Origin: an uncultured Gammaproteobacteria bacterium
Lineage (GTDB): Bacteria; Patescibacteriota; Microgenomatia; Levybacterales; GWA1-39-11
Reading direction: 5' to 3'
Assembly: GCA_964641355.1 (NCBI GenBank)
Contig: CAZXND010000002.1
Location: 143,112-207,111 of the forward strand
DNA length: 64,000 bases
The position numbers and the translations under genes are program-made. The number at the start of each line of letters is the position of its first letter. The stretch's first letter is position 1. Positions 18,281-28,651 of this stretch are shown here, piece by piece. The notes below the pieces were generated by a model. The model was not told the origin of the DNA, made no database searches, and saw only the letters and a list, made by a program, of their open reading frames with translations.

Positions 18281-19911
18281 CTTATATAAGCAGATAAAAT
18301 CTCCTGTCCATTAGGTAAAAAGAATGATTTCACCTTCTCTGACCCATTTGGAACTCTTGAAGGACTATCAATTACTAAAATTTTTCCCATTCCTTTCCTA
18401 TCTAACACAAGTTTACCCTTGTCAAAGAAAACGTATTTTCCAAAACTTTCGATATGGACAAAACCAGCAGCTTCTCTTTCTACTCTGGCCTCTGATCTGA
18501 ACATACTTGGATCGTATTTTTTATAAAAAAGAACGTAGATATAAGGTCTACCCAACTCTGTTGTAATGTAAACTCTATCATATTTTTTTTCTACGTTATT
18601 AACATAATCAATTACCTCTTTATACCCAAACTGCCATTCTCCGGCAAACTCATTGGGATAATGATCCATAAGGTTATGGTAAAAATAAGTAAAATTGATC
18701 AAGATTACACTCGAAACCAAAAAAATAAAAACTTTTTTAATCTGGAAGGTACCTAAATTTATATTGTTAAGTAATTTTGTTAATTGATAAATTCCATACG
18801 CAGATAAAACTTGGAATGTTGGAAGGGCCGCTTCGATACGAAGAGCATGGGGAGTTTCCCTAGCAGTTCCTGCAGGAATCAATCCAATAACTAACCAATA
18901 AGGAATAATTAACCACTTTCCCTCTCTCCTTCTGAAGAGGAAAAGAACACCTGATACAAAAAACGGAATTTCCCAGATGTACATCTCTCCAACATCCTGA
19001 ATTGAAAACTTTGGATTACCATCTCCCTTAATGAATAAGAACTGAGGATTTAAATTATCGAAATAGTGATGGAGGAACTCCACCCCATAAGCAAATCTTC
19101 TGTTGTGGATCATCTTAGACCACAAGGAATTTTTATCATTTTCAATTTCCCTATTAGCTCTCTCTACTACATTTGGGTCAGAAAATATATTCACTTCGGT
19201 AAATCTAAGCTGTGCCTGAGGGGTTAAAAGAAACATGGCTAAAGGTATAAATAATAAAAACGCAAGAAAAGCTGAAATAGTAGTCTCTGTTTTACGATTA
19301 ATTAAATTTTTTCTATAGAAAAAAAATAAACCTAAAACAAGAAGAGGAGAAACTATTCTTGAAGTGTTAAATGTATACATTGACAAAACAAAAGAGGTTA
19401 AAGAAAAAAATAGATATCCCTTTCTTTCCATACCAGCTAAAAAAAGATATACGCCAAACACAATAAAAAAGGATGCTAAATTAGCTTCAAACGCTGCTCT
19501 TGAGAGCATGATGTGCCAAGGTGAAATGGCAAGTAAAAATGACGAAAGCAAGGCAATATCTTTATTCTCAAATATCTTCTTTATTAATAAGTATGTTATT
19601 AGAACAGTGAGTACTCCAAAAAATGCCGAGATAAATCTTACTGAAAATCCGTTAAGCCCGAATAACCTAATGGGAATTATTGAAAGATATGCATAAAGAG
19701 GGGGCTTAAAGTCTCCAAAAGATTCAAGATATGATATGGGAAGAAATTTACCAAATTCATCCTTAAAGTCGATTCCTAAACTGTACGCGTTATATCCCCA
19801 GGCTACTTCATCCCACGTTAAAGAGGGAGGGTTTTTATCCAAATCCTGGAATCGAAGAAAAAAAGCCGCAATCAAAACAAGAATTAATATGTATTTTTTA
19901 AAAAACGACAT
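18277..19911 (-). CDS. GT-C family A (PMT/ArnT-like) paralog 3
   Basis: LTWDEVAWGYNAYSLGIDFKDEFGK; ISPWHIMLSRAAFE; TPHALRIEAALP; 4-bp overlap with paralog 2 (tandem pair). Confidence 0.65.
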   Translation of the reverse strand: MSFFKKYILILVLIAAFFLRFQDLDKNPPSLTWDEVAWGYNAYSLGIDFKDEFGKFLPISYLESFGDFKPPLYAYLSIIPIRLFGLNGFSVRFISAFFGVLTVLITYLLIKKIFENKDIALLSSFLLAISPWHIMLSRAAFEANLASFFIVFGVYLFLAGMERKGYLFFSLTSFVLSMYTFNTSRIVSPLLVLGLFFFYRKNLINRKTETTISAFLAFLLFIPLAMFLLTPQAQLRFTEVNIFSDPNVVERANREIENDKNSLWSKMIHNRRFAYGVEFLHHYFDNLNPQFLFIKGDGNPKFSIQDVGEMYIWEIPFFVSGVLFLFRRREGKWLIIPYWLVIGLIPAGTARETPHALRIEAALPTFQVLSAYGIYQLTKLLNNINLGTFQIKKVFIFLVSSVILINFTYFYHNLMDHYPNEFAGEWQFGYKEVIDYVNNVEKKYDRVYITTELGRPYIYVLFYKKYDPSMFRSEARVEREAAGFVHIESFGKYVFFDKGKLVLDRKGMGKILVIDSPSRVPNGSEKVKSFFLPNGQEILSAYIR

Positions 19912-19953
19912 TTATGTTAATATCCGATATAATTGAATTATAGTTAAATCCTC

Positions 19954-21747
19954 GTGAAAATTAAATACACCTCTCTCAAAAAAATAAAGATCTCGACAAG
20001 GTCAGTATTTTTATTTTTAGGAGTCCTCTTTTTAGCCATGCTGTTCAGAGTCACCTTCACAAATCTTATTGAATTTAAGGGAGACGAGGCACTACTCTTA
20101 CTCCTCTCAACAAGACCTATGTATTCAAACTTCTTTGCACAAACAGGAACTGTTTCAAGCGTTGCTATAGCCAACCCACCACTTATTAATTACCTTCTTT
20201 TCCCTTTCGTCACATTTTCCCGAAATCCAGATACAGTTTCATTTTTTATAGGAGTTATAAATTCTCTTGCAATTGTTCTTTTCTTTTTTACTATCAAAAA
20301 ATACCATAAAGAAAGAACAGCCGTATTTTCTACCATACTTCTTTGTCTTTCTCCATGGGCAATCATATATTCTAGAAAAATATGGAATCCTGATTTTATT
20401 CTACCGCTATTCGTGATATTATTTTTTAGCGTTCATAAAATCGTTAAAGAAAAAAGAAACGATTATTGGATAGTATATATAGTTTTTTCTCTTTTTCTCG
20501 TTCAGATTCACCTTATAAACTTAATCTTTATATTCTTCCTCACCCTCTTAATATTAAAAGACAATAGACCTAAAGCAAGAAATATTATTCTAGGATTATT
20601 TGTAGGACTACTCCCGATAATTCCTTATATTATTTTTGAAATTAATAACAATTGCCCAGATTGTAAATCATTTATTGAGTCTAGAGCTAGACTTACAACT
20701 AATTTTAGTCCTCAACTTTTACTTAAACCTTTTCAGATTACTGGAATTAGTGGCTTTGATTTTTTGATCGGAAATAAATTCACAAATTTAACAAAAATTA
20801 ATCTTATTTCAAAAATCTTATTGCTTTTCTATCCGTTGCTAATTTCTGGAGTATTCCTATTCTATAAAGAAAATAAAAAATATAGAGTATTCGTATATGC
20901 AACTTTTCTAACTCCCATATTCTATTTTTTATTAAGAATAGAGAATTTAATGCATTATTTTATTATTCTTCTTCCTATAATCTATCTAATAGTCGGTTAT
21001 TTATTCTCATTTTTAACTACTCATAAAATCAAATATGTTAGATCTCTGGGTTATTCGCTATTTTTTGTAGTCATAATTTGTTACACGGCTCTTAATATAC
21101 AGTTATTCGTTTATTTATCCCGTAATACAAATATAGAAGGTGACTACGGATCAATATTCTCTTACACCAAAGCTCAAAACCTTAAGATACTGTCAAAATA
21201 CAGAAAGGATATACACTTTGAAGAAATGTTTTTGTTTTCATACGTTCCCCGTTTTATTTTTCAAGGAGATTATCCCATGGCCAAGGTTTTTTATGATAGA
21301 GAAAAAACAAAAAATAATCTTTCAAATCTGGAAAATAGACTGATGAAAATTCCCGAAGACAACAGAATAATCACAGAATTAATTTCTTACTATTCACCAA
21401 ATATCCCAACTATAGATAAAATTATTTTCTTAAGGGGTAGGTCTAAATTTATTCCAGGATATTATCAAATTTACAATGAACTCTACTATGGTAGTTATCT
21501 TCTCAGGGGTCATAAAAAGGAACTTAGAAGTAAAAATCTAGGAATTTCTTTTGCTTACCCCGAACATTGGAATGTCAAAGAAGATGAAAAATATATATCA
21601 GTTTACGGGGATGATAATTATCTTAAAATATCAACAACTCCTGTTAGCACAAAGTCTAAGAAAATAAATGGCCAAGATATTTATTTTACATATAAGAAAG
21701 GTACCAAGGTAATTTCGGAAATTATTAAATCATTAAAAGAATACTAA
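19954..21747 (+). CDS. polytopic membrane protein with GT-C-like DE loop; only large plus-strand gene in the cluster
   Basis: 597 aa, GTG start per the ORF track. TM1, then NLIEFKGDEALLLLLSTRP; many TM helices, then a soluble C-terminal domain. Its 3' end overlaps the convergent 21744..23372 stop by 4 bp. Confidence 0.5.
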   Translation: MKIKYTSLKKIKISTRSVFLFLGVLFLAMLFRVTFTNLIEFKGDEALLLLLSTRPMYSNFFAQTGTVSSVAIANPPLINYLLFPFVTFSRNPDTVSFFIGVINSLAIVLFFFTIKKYHKERTAVFSTILLCLSPWAIIYSRKIWNPDFILPLFVILFFSVHKIVKEKRNDYWIVYIVFSLFLVQIHLINLIFIFFLTLLILKDNRPKARNIILGLFVGLLPIIPYIIFEINNNCPDCKSFIESRARLTTNFSPQLLLKPFQITGISGFDFLIGNKFTNLTKINLISKILLLFYPLLISGVFLFYKENKKYRVFVYATFLTPIFYFLLRIENLMHYFIILLPIIYLIVGYLFSFLTTHKIKYVRSLGYSLFFVVIICYTALNIQLFVYLSRNTNIEGDYGSIFSYTKAQNLKILSKYRKDIHFEEMFLFSYVPRFIFQGDYPMAKVFYDREKTKNNLSNLENRLMKIPEDNRIITELISYYSPNIPTIDKIIFLRGRSKFIPGYYQIYNELYYGSYLLRGHKKELRSKNLGISFAYPEHWNVKEDEKYISVYGDDNYLKISTTPVSTKSKKINGQDIYFTYKKGTKVISEIIKSLKEY

Positions 21748-23372
21748 TAAGTTTCCGTTGCAATAAAAGCGCTTTTAATATATCTACCATTTATTGTTTT
21801 AATAATTTTAAGCTTAGAACCCTTGATTCTGTGACTTTCCAAGTCATCTTTTGTGAGAACAAATAAAGTTTTTCCGTACAAAAGTGTTTCCAGATCTGCT
21901 AATCCTAAATTGACTCCATCACTTTTGTCCCAAGAAGCGATACCAAATCTTATATTTTCTACTTTTAAAACACTTCCATCTTTCTGATATTTTATTGGGT
22001 CATATTTTGAATAAAACAAGTAATGAATATATGGTCTCCAATTAGCACCAGTAATATAAATAACATCATATCTCTTTTTAATCGAATTAACATAATCCAC
22101 GAGTTGCATATTACCATCTCCCCAATCTTGTGCCACAAATTTCGGATTGTAGTTAAAATATAAACTATAAAACCTCATATTAAAAAAAATAACTACAACT
22201 ATAATCATAGCGATAGTTAAAGGTTTTTTAATCTGCTTATAAGTTAAAAAAATAGATAGTCCAAGAGTTGAGTAAAATATGAGGGCTGGAACGTTAGCAA
22301 GAGTTCTTAAAGCATTTGGTTGACCAGTAGTTAGTCCTGCTGCCAAAGGAGCAATCAAAAACCAACCAAGCATAAACCATTTATTTTTACTCTTCAAAGA
22401 AAAAGATTTTATAAATCCAAATATAAAAAAAGGTAACTCCCAAATATACGCTAATCCAATGGGTCCAGTTCCATTTGTAAACAAGAAATCTGGAGCAAAA
22501 TTCTTTAAGTAATTTTCAGAAAATTCCTGAAAAAATGCAATCCTTCTATTGTATATAGCTTTAGCAATGTAGGTATTTTTTTCATTAACAATTTCTTGCG
22601 AATAAGGATTAGTTAAGGATTTATCGTTAAAAATACTTACTTGACTCACTCTAGATAAACCCTCTCTCGTTCCCGTATACAGGATAGGGGATGTTATTAT
22701 AATTCCTAAAATTAAACTTGAAATTATTTGTCTTTTATGTTTTAAAACTAAATCTTTATTTATAAAGAAATAAAGCACAGTCAACAAAGGAACTAAAATC
22801 CTAGCTGTATAATAAAAATAAACTGATATAGATAAAAAGAGGACAGATAAGACGTATAAGTGTCTCCTTTTTTGTGCATAGAATAATAAAGCAAAACCTA
22901 AAACTATAAAAAATAGGCTTCCATTTGCTTCAAAAGCCCCCCTCGAAAAATTAATATGCCAGGGAGAAATTGAAAGAATTAGAGCCCCAATTAAAGAGAA
23001 TAATTCAGTATTATCAATAGAATTTTTAACAACGGCCTTAAGTAAAAAATAAAAGCTTACTATAGTCAGAGACCCTAAAAATGCTGAAGTAAATCTCACC
23101 GCAAAGGGAGTGAGTCCAAAAAAATACTCACTTACAGATGTGGAATATATATATCCAGGAAGCTTATAATCTTCGAACGACCTAAACAAGATAGGAAGTT
23201 TTCTGCCGTATTCATCTCTTCCAGTTTGAAGAATAGAATAGGCATTATATCCTATGGCTACCTCATCATGCGACAAAGAAACAGGAGTATGTTCAAGCTT
23301 GTGAAATCTGAAAAAAAATGCAATTAATAATATTAACGATAGCAAAAGAGAATGCTTGAAACTCCTACTCAT
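21744..23372 (-). CDS. GT-C family A (PMT/ArnT-like) paralog 4
   Basis: LSHDEVAIGYNAYSILQTGRDEYGR; ISPWHINFSRGAFE; QPNALRTLANVP. Confidence 0.65.
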   Translation of the reverse strand: MSRSFKHSLLLSLILLIAFFFRFHKLEHTPVSLSHDEVAIGYNAYSILQTGRDEYGRKLPILFRSFEDYKLPGYIYSTSVSEYFFGLTPFAVRFTSAFLGSLTIVSFYFLLKAVVKNSIDNTELFSLIGALILSISPWHINFSRGAFEANGSLFFIVLGFALLFYAQKRRHLYVLSVLFLSISVYFYYTARILVPLLTVLYFFINKDLVLKHKRQIISSLILGIIITSPILYTGTREGLSRVSQVSIFNDKSLTNPYSQEIVNEKNTYIAKAIYNRRIAFFQEFSENYLKNFAPDFLFTNGTGPIGLAYIWELPFFIFGFIKSFSLKSKNKWFMLGWFLIAPLAAGLTTGQPNALRTLANVPALIFYSTLGLSIFLTYKQIKKPLTIAMIIVVVIFFNMRFYSLYFNYNPKFVAQDWGDGNMQLVDYVNSIKKRYDVIYITGANWRPYIHYLFYSKYDPIKYQKDGSVLKVENIRFGIASWDKSDGVNLGLADLETLLYGKTLFVLTKDDLESHRIKGSKLKIIKTINGRYIKSAFIATETY

Positions 23373-25086
23373 TTACTTCAATTTTTTCAAGATACCCTTT
23401 TTCAACTAGTTTCTTTGCTACTTCTTCCACAACGTCTTTACGAATGTATGTTTTTGCATCTAAATCTAGCTTATTCTCAACGCTGATAGGTAATCTAGAG
23501 TGATATGTGAAACTTCCATTTCTATAATTTAATAAATTTGTGTAATGTTTGTCGAGATAAGATTGAAAAAATGACGTATAACTTTCAACCTTCGTGCCAA
23601 GAATAAAGAAATTTTTGTCAAAAACTACAATTTTAGGCTTAGTCTTTTGTAGATCACTAATCAACTTGTCTTGAAGTCGTTTTGATTTTCCTATACCAGG
23701 GATCAATATCTGAATACCAGAGGCTGGTCTTGCGTTAGTATAAAAAAGTTCTTCAAATTCAAAGGGACCAATCCAAACATAATCTTGTGAACTCAGAGCT
23801 GTATTAACTACTGGGGCAATACTTGGTCGATCATAAATCAAAGGTGCTTTACCCATATATTTTGCAAAATATTTATCAGAAAAGCTTTTAACAAGAAAAA
23901 TTAAACTCATCACCATGTACGCAAAAGATATTAAGAAAAGAGTTGAGAAAATCAACCTCTTACCATTTTTTCTTGTTAAATTTATCGATCGATATATTTC
24001 ATTCAAAGCAAAAAAGGAATTAAAGAAAGAAAGCAGTATATACACTGCTGATTGATAATCTGTTTCTTTTGAATTAAGCGGGTTACTTCTTGCATTTGCA
24101 TAAACCAAAGTCAAAAAAATAAAAAATACTAAGGAATATTTCCTTCTAAAAAGCAGGTATAACACTAAAGAAAAGTTTAAAGTTGCCATAGTTGTGTTAA
24201 GAGGAAAATCAAATGAAAAGTTTCTTATACCGAGTGCTAAAATATAGAAACTCCCCATAAAATTATTCAGAATAACGATTGCGTATCTAACCGGATTGAT
24301 AAAAGTAGAATCAGATGAACGTGGGTAATTATAAATATAGTATTTCGCATTAAAAACTATATTTTGATATAAATAATCTCCAATACTACCCGTTAGCGTA
24401 AGATACAGAGCAAAAATCACATGAGGCAGTAAAATATAAAAAATAGGTTTAAGGTTGCTTTTTTTAAAGTTTAGATCTTTTACTTTCGAATAAAAGAGAA
24501 ACATAGTGTAGAAAATGGTTATTAGATATAAATAAAGGTAGGTCAAGGAAGAATAAACTCCTAAAGCAGATAATATTGAGATAAAAAGAATATCAGAATT
24601 TGTTAAATTTTTAGAAGAAAATGCTTTTAGAATTATCAATCCGTAAACTGCCAAGAAACAAAATGCTGCAATATTGTCTGCAAGAAGCATATGCGACCAA
24701 TAGTAAGTGGACGCAAGACCGATGAATCCGATCAACCAAGGATAGAAAGATATGTTTTTAGAGTAACTTTTTCGAATATAAAAGTAGGGGACTACGAGCA
24801 TCAGTAGTACAATTAGCGAGTAAAATAATCTAAAGACTACAAAAGATTGACCACTAAACAATTCAACTAAAGCAGCAATTAAATAAGGAACAGGGCCATG
24901 ATGAGTAAAATAACCACTATAAAGAAAATGACCATGCAAGGTAAACCATCCTCCAAGAATATTGTCGAATTCGTCAGGATAAGTTTCATGAAAGGCGTTT
25001 GAAACAAACAATATAATTAGTATAATTCCTGACAAAAATTGCCAAGACCACAATGATTTGATAGTTTTTAAGAAATAACTTCTCAT
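23365..25086 (-). CDS. large polytopic membrane protein, possible additional GT-C-type glycosyltransferase
   Basis: 573 aa. HETYPDEFDNILGGWFTLHGHFLYSGYFTHHGP loop after TM1, about 12 TM helices, C-terminal soluble domain. Confidence 0.4.
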   Translation of the reverse strand: MRSYFLKTIKSLWSWQFLSGIILIILFVSNAFHETYPDEFDNILGGWFTLHGHFLYSGYFTHHGPVPYLIAALVELFSGQSFVVFRLFYSLIVLLMLVVPYFYIRKSYSKNISFYPWLIGFIGLASTYYWSHMLLADNIAAFCFLAVYGLIILKAFSSKNLTNSDILFISILSALGVYSSLTYLYLYLITIFYTMFLFYSKVKDLNFKKSNLKPIFYILLPHVIFALYLTLTGSIGDYLYQNIVFNAKYYIYNYPRSSDSTFINPVRYAIVILNNFMGSFYILALGIRNFSFDFPLNTTMATLNFSLVLYLLFRRKYSLVFFIFLTLVYANARSNPLNSKETDYQSAVYILLSFFNSFFALNEIYRSINLTRKNGKRLIFSTLFLISFAYMVMSLIFLVKSFSDKYFAKYMGKAPLIYDRPSIAPVVNTALSSQDYVWIGPFEFEELFYTNARPASGIQILIPGIGKSKRLQDKLISDLQKTKPKIVVFDKNFFILGTKVESYTSFFQSYLDKHYTNLLNYRNGSFTYHSRLPISVENKLDLDAKTYIRKDVVEEVAKKLVEKGYLEKIEVNE

Positions 25087-25095
25087 CTATAAAGA

Positions 25096-26769
25096 TTACA
25101 ACGATAGTATATCAAATACAGGTGAATTATCCTTCCTATTAATTTTTTTTAAAGTGTTAAATCTCTTATCATTTTCTCGACAAAGACCACTATTAACATA
25201 AAGCACTCCTTGCTTACCTGAACTTACTGTATCATTACTTTTTAAAGGACACTCTTCTTGACTAAATTCAAACTTTCCGAAGTTTTCCCTATCATAATCC
25301 TTTATACTTTTCCTCTTTGTTTCTTCTAAATACTTTAACGGATCGTATCTATTGTAGAAAAGAAAAAAAATTGCAGGAGCCGACTCGCGATTTGTAATAA
25401 TAGATTTTTTATAAACAGGAAGAAGTCTCGAAACATTAGCAACAAGCTCTTTATAACCTTGGTGTCTATACCATGGCCTATATATTGGCCCGTGTACATA
25501 GTACTCATGTAAGTAGAAAAGAAATTGATATGTAAAAATAATAAATATCCCAACAATTATAAATTTGTAATAATCTTTATGTCTTATTAAGGAAATAAAT
25601 TTTAATAACCCCACTGACATAATCATCGATAATGCAGGAAAAATAAAAAGAGTTCTTTGTAAATTTGGCACATCGTCTTGACTAAGAGAACTGCCAATAG
25701 GAGATAACAAAACCCAAAAGATAATAAAAACCCTAGACCAAGAAAATTTTTTAAATAAAGTAAATGTACCCAAAATAACTAAAATAAAATCAGTTATATA
25801 CAAGAGTCCCGTAAGTGGCACTCTGTATCTGTCCGGATAACCTTTATCAGAAAAAAGGAATCTATATGAAAAATGATCAGAATAATTTTCTAAAAACTTA
25901 AAAGATAGTCCAATAAGCTTATTGTGGAAAACTCTAGTATTAAAATTATCTATATTTTCAACTCCATCTTCTCTTATCTTTTCTTCTAAAATCAACCCCA
26001 CTTCATCGTTATTTGTAATACTTAAACTTCTTGCTCTGATAGATAAAGTTGGAGATAACAAAGAAATTACAACGGGAGCTATGATCGCAAATAAGTATAT
26101 AAGCTTTATTGTATTGTTCTTAAAATTATATTTCCCGTCAAAAGTTAAAAACATAACAGGAATTAGTAAAGGTAGAAAAGCGTAAGGAGCAATATAAAAG
26201 GACAAACTGGCTTCAATAGATAGAAGTGAAAGAATTATAAATATTATTTTTTTTCTATCTAACCATTCAAAAAAAAGATAAACACCAAAAGAAATAAAGA
26301 AAACAACTGGAGTAATAGAGCTAGCTGTTCTGGCAAGATTTATACTCCAAGGTGAAACTGAAATAAAAATTGCAGTGAGCAATCCAAAAATATAAGAGTT
26401 AAATCCAAAAAGCTCTTTGAACTTACCGTGTTTATAAATTTTAACTGCCAATAAATAACTACTAATGATCGTCAATGATCCAAAAAGAGCAGAGGCAAAT
26501 CTTACAGAATATTCACTTAAACCAAATAAGTAAATAAAGGGGACAGATAGATATGAGTAACCCGCAGGAGTATATAAGAAAGATCTTAAGTGAAGAGGGA
26601 AAAATGCTCCAGTCATATCCCTACCTGTTTTGAGCAAAGAATAAGAGTTATAACCAAAAAAAGCTTCATCCCTATGGAAACCGTTTGGATAACTATCTAA
26701 TTTATAGAATCTTAAAAATAAAGCTAAAATAAAAATAACAAATAGTACCCAATAATATTTTTTAATCAT
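25096..26769 (-). CDS. GT-C family A (PMT/ArnT-like) paralog 5
   Basis: FHRDEAFFGYNSYSLLKTGRDMTG; VSPWSINLARTASS; VPNLQRTLFIFP. The ORF track extends to 26814, overlapping the upstream methyltransferase by 22 bp. Internal Met (MIKKYYWV..., about 26769) chosen as the likelier start. Confidence 0.6.
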   Translation of the reverse strand: MIKKYYWVLFVIFILALFLRFYKLDSYPNGFHRDEAFFGYNSYSLLKTGRDMTGAFFPLHLRSFLYTPAGYSYLSVPFIYLFGLSEYSVRFASALFGSLTIISSYLLAVKIYKHGKFKELFGFNSYIFGLLTAIFISVSPWSINLARTASSITPVVFFISFGVYLFFEWLDRKKIIFIILSLLSIEASLSFYIAPYAFLPLLIPVMFLTFDGKYNFKNNTIKLIYLFAIIAPVVISLLSPTLSIRARSLSITNNDEVGLILEEKIREDGVENIDNFNTRVFHNKLIGLSFKFLENYSDHFSYRFLFSDKGYPDRYRVPLTGLLYITDFILVILGTFTLFKKFSWSRVFIIFWVLLSPIGSSLSQDDVPNLQRTLFIFPALSMIMSVGLLKFISLIRHKDYYKFIIVGIFIIFTYQFLFYLHEYYVHGPIYRPWYRHQGYKELVANVSRLLPVYKKSIITNRESAPAIFFLFYNRYDPLKYLEETKRKSIKDYDRENFGKFEFSQEECPLKSNDTVSSGKQGVLYVNSGLCRENDKRFNTLKKINRKDNSPVFDILSL

Positions 26770-26792
26770 TTTATAAAACCTAAGAAAGTATA

Positions 26793-27398
26793 CTATTTTC
26801 TTGCAATAACCCAAATATTGAATCCTAATTCAAAATACCCATATTCTATTCTTCTCTTTTCTAATCCTGCATTTTTTAGAAAATTAATTATTTTTTTTGG
26901 ATTCGAAAGAGGTTTATGGTCCTCTATTTCGACTTTGCTTATTAAGCCTATTTTGGAAAATAACCATAGTATAGGAACAGACCAGGGGGCAGGAGTAGTA
27001 ATAATAAGAACACCATCCTTTTTCAGTACTCTTTTAATTTCTGACAACACATTTTTTAATTTCATTGGATGAATGTGCTCAAAGACTGCGAGCATAGTCA
27101 CTACATCAAAATAATTATTTCTGTATGGAAGAGAGTTTTTTTCTATATCGATTTTTTTTAGCTTTATTCCTTTGATTTTAAAGCCTACTTCGTTGATATA
27201 ACCATCTACTCCGTGTTTTTCGACAAAACCGCAGGAAGCAAGGAAATAAGGAAATGATCCACAACCTATATCAAGCACCCTATCACCTCTTTTTTTAACC
27301 TTTGATTGAAGCAATAAATTCGCAGTTGAAGCTCTTTTCTTAGCAAGAAATATCTCTAAAAAACCGAAACCCCGAGTAGCGCTATGTTTTTGATGCAT
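26793..27398 (-). CDS. class I SAM-dependent methyltransferase
   Basis: VLDIGCGSFPY glycine-rich SAM motif, FDVVTMLAVFEHI, VLKKDGVLIITTP. Confidence 0.7.
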   Translation of the reverse strand: MHQKHSATRGFGFLEIFLAKKRASTANLLLQSKVKKRGDRVLDIGCGSFPYFLASCGFVEKHGVDGYINEVGFKIKGIKLKKIDIEKNSLPYRNNYFDVVTMLAVFEHIHPMKLKNVLSEIKRVLKKDGVLIITTPAPWSVPILWLFSKIGLISKVEIEDHKPLSNPKKIINFLKNAGLEKRRIEYGYFELGFNIWVIARK

Positions 27399-27418
27399 AA
27401 AGTAACGGGCAGATAAAG

Positions 27419-28645
27419 TTATCCATTTTTTTCATCCGGCCAAAAATACGCCGTGACAAAAATCATAGATAAATATCCCATGTGACTATTATTGAAATAT
27501 CGCGAAAGATACCAATAAACAAAAAGAAATATACCATAAACTATAATTAACCTTTGAGTTGTATTATGCTTTATTTGATAGCGAATCAATATAAAAACGA
27601 GAGGGATGCATATTATAAGTTGCAACAAAATAAATGGGAAATACATTTTAAGATCACGTATTAAACCGAATTCATTTAATAACATCCCTACACCATAGCC
27701 AGAAATCGGATAACTGTGTGTTCCTGAACCTGAGAGATAAAAAACAGTACTATCAAGAAAAGCATTAATATCCCAAAACATAAAAGGTAGATTAATTAAA
27801 GTAAAAATTATTAAAAATGGTAATAGAACAAATAATGTTTTTTTAATATTTCTTTTTTTAAGATAAATGTAGGTTAAATAAAATGGAAATATTGGCCAAG
27901 TAGATTGTTTTATAGCAAAGGCTAATCCCATAAAGACTCCTGACCAACTCAATCTTTTCTCTGTTAAAAGAAGTAATGAAAAGAACAAAAAAGCATACAT
28001 GAACATATCTGATCTACCTTCAAGAATATAAGGAAGCATTACGGGATTTAAAGCAAGAAGAGTAATAAATTGTCTTTTTTCTTCATTATTTTTTTTAATG
28101 CTCCAAGCCATTAAGAGTGTACTGAGAAATAATAAATAGAGTGGAACTCTAGCGTCAAAAAAACCGAAAAAGAAGTTACTACTAAAATAGAATGGGATGG
28201 CAAATAAAAGATAAAATGGCTCCATCACAAAGTGGTATAATGCAGGGTTTGTTTCTGTATCAGAATAATGCCAGGCCTCAAGTGGAGTTCCAAAGTATGT
28301 TTCTTTATATGGATTTTTACCGTGAATTACATATCGAATCGCTGCCTCCTGCTGCAAAATAATATCATGCACCCCATATATCGGCGCAGTTCTATGTCTA
28401 ACAATAACAGAAGAGATAAAACCACTTGCTATAACCAAGACAATAATCACCAATAATAAATAGCTTTTTATCCTGTCGTAATATTTTTCATTCATTTTAA
28501 ACAAATCAATGACTATATAGGAGATCAGAAGAGAGAAGATTAACGTGAACAACCAAAATGGAGTATTTTCCCAAGAAAGTCTATATTGGGTTATAAAAAA
28601 TATAACAAGTGGCAACAATAAAACAGTAGATAATTTAAGCTTCAT
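27419..28645 (-). CDS. polytopic membrane protein, family D-like (NPY...EGRSDMFMY...IKQ)
   Basis: 408 aa. HGKNPYKETYFGTPLEAWHY and EGRSDMFMYAFLFF...FAIKQ parallel the NPY / HNDIVMM / IK[YF] blocks of 10291..11400 and 56976..58145. Confidence 0.45.
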   Translation of the reverse strand: MKLKLSTVLLLPLVIFFITQYRLSWENTPFWLFTLIFSLLISYIVIDLFKMNEKYYDRIKSYLLLVIIVLVIASGFISSVIVRHRTAPIYGVHDIILQQEAAIRYVIHGKNPYKETYFGTPLEAWHYSDTETNPALYHFVMEPFYLLFAIPFYFSSNFFFGFFDARVPLYLLFLSTLLMAWSIKKNNEEKRQFITLLALNPVMLPYILEGRSDMFMYAFLFFSLLLLTEKRLSWSGVFMGLAFAIKQSTWPIFPFYLTYIYLKKRNIKKTLFVLLPFLIIFTLINLPFMFWDINAFLDSTVFYLSGSGTHSYPISGYGVGMLLNEFGLIRDLKMYFPFILLQLIICIPLVFILIRYQIKHNTTQRLIIVYGIFLFVYWYLSRYFNNSHMGYLSMIFVTAYFWPDEKNG

Positions 28646-28651
28646 TTAAAT

